Made by a program: the position numbers and the translations under genes. DNA of 17,171 bases. It comes from a virus (Duplodnaviria; Heunggongvirae; Uroviricota; Caudoviricetes). The notes beneath the pieces were generated by a model. That model saw only the letters and a program-made list of their open reading frames with translations. It ran no database searches and had not been told where the DNA came from. Positions 8,397-14,603 of this stretch are shown piece after piece. The DNA lies in the IMG/VR virus record IMGVR_UViG_2778261277_000005, one strand, 5' to 3'. Numbering within the stretch: the first letter of the stretch is position 1; each line of letters begins with the position of its first letter.

Positions 8397-8414
8397 CAGG
8401 ACGATACTCATCAT

Positions 8415-8440
8415 TTGCCCCGGTTATCCGGGGCTTTTTT
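8415..8440 (+). terminator. Intrinsic terminator between V and G
   Basis: GCCCCGG-TTAT-CCGGGGC (7-bp GC stem) followed by TTTTTT, ~20 nt after the V stop. The ORF-track TTG start for G (8415) lies inside this hairpin and is rejected. Confidence 0.6.
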
Positions 8441-8456
8441 GCAGGTGGAGAACATG

Positions 8457-8843
8457 ATGTTTCTGAAACAGGGCACGTTTAATTATGAAAAGCAGTCCGT
8501 GGTGCTCAGTGAGCTGTCCGGGCTGCAGAGAATTGAATATCTGGCGTTTGTTCAGCAGCGAACGGCAAAGTTTGATGCCGAAGAGGGAGAACTGCCGGAG
8601 GCTGAACGACAGATTGCTTTTCTGCGGATGGGGATGGATATCAATGCCTGGCTGGTTTCCCGCTCACTGTGGAATGCGGAACAGTCTCAGGATGTTGAGA
8701 CGCTTTGCGCATCCGTTATTACAACATGGTCGTATGATGCCCTGGGAGCGGGGGCGGAGATGGTTCTGTCGCTGAGCGGTATGGGAGTCATTGAGAATGC
8801 CGGGGATTTGGAGCATGAGGTGCTGACGCCGGAAAAGTCCTGA
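8457..8843 (+). CDS. G: Tail assembly chaperone G
   Basis: Starts MFLKQGTF... (lambda G starts MFLKTESF...), with GGAG upstream; 128 aa; located immediately upstream of the tape measure gene. Confidence 0.85.
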   Translation: MFLKQGTFNYEKQSVVLSELSGLQRIEYLAFVQQRTAKFDAEEGELPEAERQIAFLRMGMDINAWLVSRSLWNAEQSQDVETLCASVITTWSYDALGAGAEMVLSLSGMGVIENAGDLEHEVLTPEKS

Positions 8844-9181
8844 CGCGGGAAATGCAGTTTGTCATGCGGCTTGCCCGGGAGTTCCGGCGGGCAGACTGGC
8901 GGCGGATGCTGTCGGAAATGTCGGCCACTGAGCTTGGTGAGTGGGGCGATTATTTCCGGATGCAGAGCTTCAGTGATGTGTGGATGGATGCGCAGTTTGC
9001 CTCGCTGAAGGCATTGATCGTGAGAATGGTGTCCGGTAGCAGTGATGCTGCGGTGGCTGATTTCAGCCTTTTACCGGAAGAGAACGGGATACCGGAGCGA
9101 ACGGACGAAGAACTGATGCATCTTGGGGAAGGTATTTCCGGAGGTGTGCGTTATGGACCAGATAGCCAACCTGGTCATTGA
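8457..9181 (+). CDS. T: Tail assembly chaperone G-T fusion, produced by programmed -1 ribosomal frameshift near the 3' end of G
   Basis: The 8852..9181 ORF is in the -1 frame relative to G, and that frame is stop-free across the G stop codon. This mirrors the conserved G/GT arrangement of lambda-like tail modules. Candidate slip region is CCGGAAAAG, ~8829-8837. Confidence 0.7.
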
Positions 9182-12100
9182 TTTGGGGATTGATGCGGCA
9201 GAGTTTAAAAATGAAATTCCCCGTATCAAAAACCTTCTGAATGGTGCAGCCAGCGATGCAGAACGGTCTTCTGCCCGTATGCAGCGTTTTATGGAGCGTC
9301 AGACTCAGGCCGCCCGGCAGACAACGCAGGCAGCTTCTTCGGCTGCAACAGCCGCATCCGTCCATGCGCAGACGGTGGAGAAGAACGCACAGGCTCATGA
9401 ACGCATGGCCCGCGAGGTGGAGAAAACCCGCCAGCGCATGGAGGCACTGAGCCAGAAAATGCGCGAGGAACAGGCGCAGGCCATGGCTCTGGCGGAGGCT
9501 CAGGATAAAGCGGCTGCTGCGTTTTATCGTCAGATTGACAGTGTGAAACAGGCCAGTGCGGGGCTGCAGGAATTACAGCGTATTCAGCAGCAGATCCGAC
9601 AGGCCAGAAACAGTGGCGGGATTGGTCAGCAGGATTATCTGGCGCTGATTTCTGAGGTTACTGCGAAAACTCGTGTTCTTACACAGGCTGAGGAAGAGGC
9701 TACCCGACAGAAAGTGGCGTTTATCCGTCAGCTTAAAGAGCAGGCAACCCGCCAGAATCTTTCTTCTTCTGAGTTGCTTCGTGCTAAGGCTGCCCAGCTG
9801 GGGGTAAGCAGTGCTGCAGAAGTGTATATCCGCAAAATGGAGCAGGCAGGAAAAGCCACGCATTCGCTGGGTCTGAAAAGTGCAGCGGCCCGCCAGGAGA
9901 TAGGCGTTCTGATAGGTGAACTGGCTCGCGGCAATTTAGGTGCGCTGAGGGGATCCGGGATAACGCTGGCTAACCGTGCCGGATGGATAGACACACTGAT
10001 GTCACCGAAAGGCATGATGCTGGGCGGGGTTATTGGCGGTATTGCCGCGGCCGTCTATGGTCTGGGTAAAGCCTGGTATGATGGTCAGAAGGAGGGGGAA
10101 GAATTTAACCGCCAGTTGTCGCTGACGGGGCATTATGCCGGAGTCACTGCCGGGCAGCTGTGGACGCTCAGTCGTGCTATTTCCGGGAATGGTATCACGC
10201 AACATGCTGCAGCCGGTGCGCTGGCTCAGGTGGTGGGGAGTGGTGCATTTCGTGGAAACGATATCGGTATGGTGGCGAGAGCTGCCGCACAGATGGAGCG
10301 ATCGGTTGGCCAGTCGGTCAGCGATACCATAAATCAGTTTAAGCGGCTGAAGGATGATCCTGTAAATGCCGCGAAGGCTCTGGACAATGAGCTGCATTTT
10401 CTTACTGCCACTCAGCTTGAGCAGATACGCGTCCTTGGGGAACAGGGGCGGTCCAGTGATGCGGCACGGATAGCCATGTCTGCACTGGCAGAGGAAACCG
10501 GTCGGCGTACTGCGGATATTGATAATAACCTCAATGCGCTGGGCAGTACGCTGAAGTATCTGTCTGATTTATGGAGTCGTTTCTGGGATGCGGCCATGAA
10601 TATTGGTCGTGAAGACTCGCTGGATGAACAGATTTCCGCTTTACAGGAGAAAGTGTCGCGGGCGAAAAGACTCCCCTGGACGGCATCATCTTCTCAGGTT
10701 GAGTACGATCAGCAGCGTCTTAACGAGCTTCAGGAGAAAAAACGCCAGAAGGATTTGCAGGATGCAAAAGAGCAGGCAGAGCAGAATTATCAGGAGCAAC
10801 AGAAACGCCGTAATGCTGAAAATGCTGCACTGAACCGGATGAATGAAACGGAAGCAGCACGACATCAGCGTGAAATTGCGCGTATTAATTCCATGCAGTA
10901 CGCCGATCAGGCTGTCAGGGATGCGGCGATACAACGTGAAAATGAACGTTACGAGAAAGCCCTGGCATCCGGTAAGAAAAAAACACGCGAACCCCGTAAT
11001 GATGAGGCCACCCGGTTATTGCTGCAGTACAGTCAGCAACAGGCACAGGTGGAAGGACAGATTGCTGCTGTCAGACAGTCAGCAGGCATTGCCACGGAAA
11101 GGATGACAGAAGCGCATAAACAGCTTCTGGCTCTGCAGCAGCGCATCAGCGACCTGGACGGGAAAAAACTGACGGCAGATGAAAAGAGTGTGCTGGCCCG
11201 TAAAGATGAACTGATTCAGGCACTGACGCTGCTGGATGTAAAACAGCAGGAGCTTCAGAAACAGACGGCACTCAACGAGCTGAAGAAAAAAACAATTCAG
11301 CTGACCAGTCAACTGGCTGAAGAAGAGCGCGCTCAGCGTCAGCAACATGACCTGGATATCGCCACGGTGGGTATGGGTGATCAGCAGCGGCAGCGATATC
11401 AGGTACAACTGAGTCTTCGCCAGAAATACCAGCAACAGCTGGAGCAGTTGAGGCGGGATAGTGAGCAGAAAGGAACATATAACACGGATGACTACAGAAA
11501 GGCCGAGCAGGCGCTGACGGAGAGCCTGAACCGACAACTGAATGAGAATCGCCGTTACTGGCAACAGCTTGAAGTTGTGCAGGGTAACTGGAAAAACGGA
11601 GTCCTGCGTGCATTTCAGAATTTTACCGTGGATGCAGATAATACGGCAGGAACAGCAGAACAGGTGTTCTCGTCAGCCTTCAGCAACATGGGAAATGGCC
11701 TGGCAACTTTTGTCACTACCGGCAAACTCAATTTCAAATCCTTCACCTCTTCTGTGCTGTCAGACATGGCGAAAATCCTGGCGCAGGCAACCATGATGAA
11801 ATCGATAAAAGGGATTGGCAGTGTACTGGGATTTGATCTCAGCAGCCTTTCCCTGAATGCCAATGGGGGGATTTATCAGTCTGCTGATTTGAGTCGTTAC
11901 AGTGGCACGGTGGTTAACCGTCCGACGTTTTTTGCTTTTGCAAAAGGCGCGGGTGTGATGGGGGAAGCGGGACCTGAAGCCATTCTGCCACTGCGTCGTG
12001 GTGCTGACGGTAAGCTGGGGGTTGTGGCGGATATTGGTGGTTCAGGTATGGCGATGTTTGCCCCGCAGTACAACATCGAGATCAATAACGATGGCACGAA

Positions 12101-12218
12101 CGGGCAGATAGGTCCGGCTGCCCTGAAGGTGGTTTATGACCTCGGGAAAAAAGCGGCAGCGGACTTTATGCAACAGCAGGCCCGTGATGGTGGTCGGTTA
12201 AGTGGAGCATATCGGTAA
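9153..12218 (+). CDS. H: Tail tape measure protein H
   Basis: ~1021 aa from the ATG preceded by GGAGG (MDQIANLVIDLGID...); the ORF-track start at 9123 is an upstream extension. Long Q/A/E/R-rich coiled-coil central region; directly downstream of G/T. Stop overlaps the M start (TAATG). Confidence 0.9.
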   Translation: MDQIANLVIDLGIDAAEFKNEIPRIKNLLNGAASDAERSSARMQRFMERQTQAARQTTQAASSAATAASVHAQTVEKNAQAHERMAREVEKTRQRMEALSQKMREEQAQAMALAEAQDKAAAAFYRQIDSVKQASAGLQELQRIQQQIRQARNSGGIGQQDYLALISEVTAKTRVLTQAEEEATRQKVAFIRQLKEQATRQNLSSSELLRAKAAQLGVSSAAEVYIRKMEQAGKATHSLGLKSAAARQEIGVLIGELARGNLGALRGSGITLANRAGWIDTLMSPKGMMLGGVIGGIAAAVYGLGKAWYDGQKEGEEFNRQLSLTGHYAGVTAGQLWTLSRAISGNGITQHAAAGALAQVVGSGAFRGNDIGMVARAAAQMERSVGQSVSDTINQFKRLKDDPVNAAKALDNELHFLTATQLEQIRVLGEQGRSSDAARIAMSALAEETGRRTADIDNNLNALGSTLKYLSDLWSRFWDAAMNIGREDSLDEQISALQEKVSRAKRLPWTASSSQVEYDQQRLNELQEKKRQKDLQDAKEQAEQNYQEQQKRRNAENAALNRMNETEAARHQREIARINSMQYADQAVRDAAIQRENERYEKALASGKKKTREPRNDEATRLLLQYSQQQAQVEGQIAAVRQSAGIATERMTEAHKQLLALQQRISDLDGKKLTADEKSVLARKDELIQALTLLDVKQQELQKQTALNELKKKTIQLTSQLAEEERAQRQQHDLDIATVGMGDQQRQRYQVQLSLRQKYQQQLEQLRRDSEQKGTYNTDDYRKAEQALTESLNRQLNENRRYWQQLEVVQGNWKNGVLRAFQNFTVDADNTAGTAEQVFSSAFSNMGNGLATFVTTGKLNFKSFTSSVLSDMAKILAQATMMKSIKGIGSVLGFDLSSLSLNANGGIYQSADLSRYSGTVVNRPTFFAFAKGAGVMGEAGPEAILPLRRGADGKLGVVADIGGSGMAMFAPQYNIEINNDGTNGQIGPAALKVVYDLGKKAAADFMQQQARDGGRLSGAYR

Positions 12219-12547
12219 TGGAGACGTTTCACTGGAAAGTGCGCCCGGATATGAATGTGGTATCAGAGCCGAAAGTGGTGACAGTGAAGCTGGGCGATGG
12301 TTATGAACAGCGTCGTGCGGCGGGACTGAATAACCAGTTGTCGATTTACAGCGTGACGATACGTGTTCGTAAATGTGAACACCCATCTTTAAAAGCCTTT
12401 CTGGAACGGCACGGTGGCGTCCGCGCATTTCAGTGGACGCCACCTTATGACTGGAAGCCGATCAGGGTGGTTTGTCGTAAATGGTCGGCAAGCGTGGGGG
12501 CGCTGTGGGTAACCATAACGGCAGATTTTGAACAGGTCGTGGCATAG
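12218..12547 (+). CDS. M: Minor tail protein M (tail tip)
   Basis: 109 aa, the same length as lambda M; METFHWKV...GDGYEQR...YSVT...HGG...WTPPYDW...FEQVV parallels lambda M by recollection. Confidence 0.9.
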   Translation: METFHWKVRPDMNVVSEPKVVTVKLGDGYEQRRAAGLNNQLSIYSVTIRVRKCEHPSLKAFLERHGGVRAFQWTPPYDWKPIRVVCRKWSASVGALWVTITADFEQVVA

Positions 12548-12556
12548 GAGGCCCTG

Positions 12557-13255
12557 ATGCAGGATATTTCACAGGAAACACATCATGAGACGACACGCCT
12601 CACTCAGTCAGCCCAGGTGGTGCTCTGGGAAATCGATCTGACAGTGGTCGGTGGTGAACGTTATTTTTTCTGTAATGAGCAGAACGATAAAGGTGAGCCG
12701 GTCACCTGGCAGGGGCGACAGTATCAGGCGTATCCCATTCAGGGGACGGGATTTGAACTGAACGGCAAAGGCAGTGCTGCCCGTCCGACACTGACGGTTT
12801 CTAACCTGCACGGCATGGTCACCGGGATGGCGGAAGACCTGCAGAGTCTGGTCGGAGGAACGGTGGTCCGGCGTAAGGTTTACGCCCGTTTTCTGGATGC
12901 GGTGAACTTCGTCAACGGAAACAGTGACGCCGATCCGGAGCAGGAGGTGATCAGCCGCTGGCGCATCGAGCAGTGCAGTGAACTGAGCGCGGTGAGTGCC
13001 TCTTTTGTACTGTCCACGCCGACGGAAACGGACGGTGCCGTTTTTCCGGGACGTATCATGCTGGCCAACACCTGCACCTGGACCTATCGCGGTGATGAGT
13101 GCGGTTATCACGGTCCGGCGGTCGCGGATGAATATGATCAGCCGACGTCCGATATCACGAAGGATAAATGCAGCAAATGCCTGAGCGGCTGTAAGTTTCG
13201 CAATAACGTCGGCAACTTTGGCGGCTTCCTTTCCATTAACAAACTTTCGCAGTGA
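12557..13255 (+). CDS. L: Minor tail protein L (tail tip, C-terminal Cys cluster)
   Basis: 232 aa, the same length as lambda L; near-identical blocks (VVLWEIDLT, GGERYFFCNEQN, VTWQGRQYQ, GMVTGMAEDLQSLVGGTVVRRKVYARFLDAVNFVNGNS, KDKCSKCLSGCKFRNNVGNFGGFLSINKLSQ). AGGAGG RBS. Confidence 0.92.
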   Translation: MQDISQETHHETTRLTQSAQVVLWEIDLTVVGGERYFFCNEQNDKGEPVTWQGRQYQAYPIQGTGFELNGKGSAARPTLTVSNLHGMVTGMAEDLQSLVGGTVVRRKVYARFLDAVNFVNGNSDADPEQEVISRWRIEQCSELSAVSASFVLSTPTETDGAVFPGRIMLANTCTWTYRGDECGYHGPAVADEYDQPTSDITKDKCSKCLSGCKFRNNVGNFGGFLSINKLSQ

Positions 13256-13260
13256 ATCCC

Positions 13261-14004
13261 ATGACAGAGACAGAATCAGCGATTCTGGCGCACGCCCGGC
13301 GATGTGCGCCAGCGGAGTCGTGCGGCGTCGTGGTGAGAACACCGGAGGGGGAAAGATATTTTCCCTGCGTGAATATATCCGGTGAGCCGGAGGAGTATTT
13401 CCGGATGTCGCCGGAGGACTGGCTGAGTGCAGAAATGCAGGGAGAGATTGTGGCGCTGGTCCACAGCCACCCCGGTGGTCTGCCCTGGCTGAGTGAGGCC
13501 GACCGGCGGCTGCAGGTGCAGAGTGATTTGCCGTGGTGGCTGGTCTGCCGGGGGGCGATTCATAAATTCCGCTGTGTGCCGCATCTCACCGGGCGGCGCT
13601 TTGAGCACGGGGTGACGGACTGTTACACGCTGTTCCGGGACGCTTACCATCTGGCGGGAATTGAGATGCCGGATTTTCATCGCGGGGATGACTGGTGGCG
13701 TCACGGTCAGAATCTCTATCTGGATAATCTGGAGGCCACAGGGCTGTATCAGGTGCCGTTGTCATCAGCACAACCGGGCGATGTGCTGCTGTGCTGCTTT
13801 GGTTCATCGGTGCCGAATCATGCCGCCATTTACTGTGGTGACGGCGAGCTGCTGCACCATATTCCTGAACAACTGAGCAAACGAGAGAGGTATACCGACA
13901 AATGGCAGCGACGCACACACTCCCTCTGGCGTCACCGGGCATGGCGCGCATCTGCCTTTACGGGGATTTACAACGATTTGGCCGCCGCATCGATCTGCGT
14001 GTGA
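13261..14004 (+). CDS. K: Tail tip assembly protein K (JAB/MPN metalloprotease-like plus NlpC/P60-like domains)
   Basis: ATG just after the L stop (MTETESAIL...). JAMM-like motif 'VHSHPGG...SEAD'; downstream Cys/His-containing region (DCYTLF..., NHAAIYCG) typical of the NlpC/P60 domain of lambda K. The 3' end overlaps I in another frame, as in lambda. Confidence 0.85.
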   Translation: MTETESAILAHARRCAPAESCGVVVRTPEGERYFPCVNISGEPEEYFRMSPEDWLSAEMQGEIVALVHSHPGGLPWLSEADRRLQVQSDLPWWLVCRGAIHKFRCVPHLTGRRFEHGVTDCYTLFRDAYHLAGIEMPDFHRGDDWWRHGQNLYLDNLEATGLYQVPLSSAQPGDVLLCCFGSSVPNHAAIYCGDGELLHHIPEQLSKRERYTDKWQRRTHSLWRHRAWRASAFTGIYNDLAAASICV

Positions 14005-14426
14005 AAACGGGGGCCGAAGCCATCCGGGCGCTGGCCATGCAGATCCCGGCGTTTCGTCAGAAGCTGAGCGACGGCTGGTATCAGGTACGCATTGCCGGGC
14101 GTGATACAGGTGAAACGGAATTATCAGCCCGTCTTAATGAACCGCTGGCAAATGGTGCTGTGATCCATATCGTGCCGCGTCTGGCGGGAGCCAAAAGTGG
14201 CGGTGTGTTTCAGGCTGTGCTGGGGGCGGCTGTTATGGCGGTTGCTATATGGATGCCGGGGGTAGGAATTATGGCGAGTAATCTGCTGTTTTCTCTCGGT
14301 GCCAGTATGACGCTTGGCGGTGTTGCACAGATGCTGGCCCCTAAACCCAAAACCCCCCGCACACAGACAACGGATAACGGCAAACAGAACACCTATTTTT
14401 CTTCACTGGATAACATGGTTGCCTAG
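13902..14426 (+). CDS. I: Tail tip assembly protein I, ending at an in-frame TAG; the C-terminal 38 codons continue in frame to 14543
   Basis: MAATHTLPLASPGMARICLYGDLQRFGRRIDLRVKTGAEAIRALA... is essentially the lambda I N-terminus. The ORF ends ...YFSSLDNMVA-TAG, and the same frame continues GNVLPVLYGEMRVGSRVVSQEISTADEGDGGQVVVIGR-TGA, which matches the lambda I C-terminus, where Q (CAG) occupies the TAG position. Confidence 0.85.
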   Translation: MAATHTLPLASPGMARICLYGDLQRFGRRIDLRVKTGAEAIRALAMQIPAFRQKLSDGWYQVRIAGRDTGETELSARLNEPLANGAVIHIVPRLAGAKSGGVFQAVLGAAVMAVAIWMPGVGIMASNLLFSLGASMTLGGVAQMLAPKPKTPRTQTTDNGKQNTYFSSLDNMVA

Positions 14427-14561
14427 GGCAATGTTCTGCCTGTTCTGTACGGTGAAATGCGCGTGGGGTCACGCGTGGTTTCTCAGGAGATCAGCACGGC
14501 AGACGAAGGGGATGGTGGTCAGGTTGTGGTGATTGGTCGCTGATGCAAAATGTTTTATGTG

Positions 14562-14585
14562 AAACCGCCTGCGGGCGGTTTTGTC
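14562..14585 (+). terminator. Hairpin plus T-rich tract between I and J (possible attenuator or RNA structure)
   Basis: AACCGCC-TGCG-GGCGGTT stem-loop followed by TTGTCGTTT, ~20 nt upstream of the J RBS. Confidence 0.35.
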
Positions 14586-14603
14586 GTTTATGGAGCGTGA
14601 GGA

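Noticed and set aside
8415-8456. TTG start for G proposed by the ORF track
   Set aside because: This TTG sits inside the V terminator hairpin; the ATG at 8457 (MFLKQ...) has a GGAG upstream and matches the lambda G N-terminus.
9300-11500. Gln/Ala/Glu-rich low-complexity repeats in the tape measure gene as a possible tandem repeat or variable cassette
   Set aside because: The compositional bias is explained by the coiled-coil heptad character of tape measure proteins; I could not identify an exact nucleotide tandem repeat unit by eye.
12608-13342. 244-aa minus-strand ORF opposite L/K, plus other antisense ORFs (11079..11564, 11272..11613, 10002..10397, 5037..5618, 2783..3196, 7943..8338, 8049..8414)
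   Set aside because: All lie antisense to strongly supported structural genes and have low-complexity or Leu/Gln/Arg-rich composition mirroring sense-strand codon usage; none has start signals or homology.
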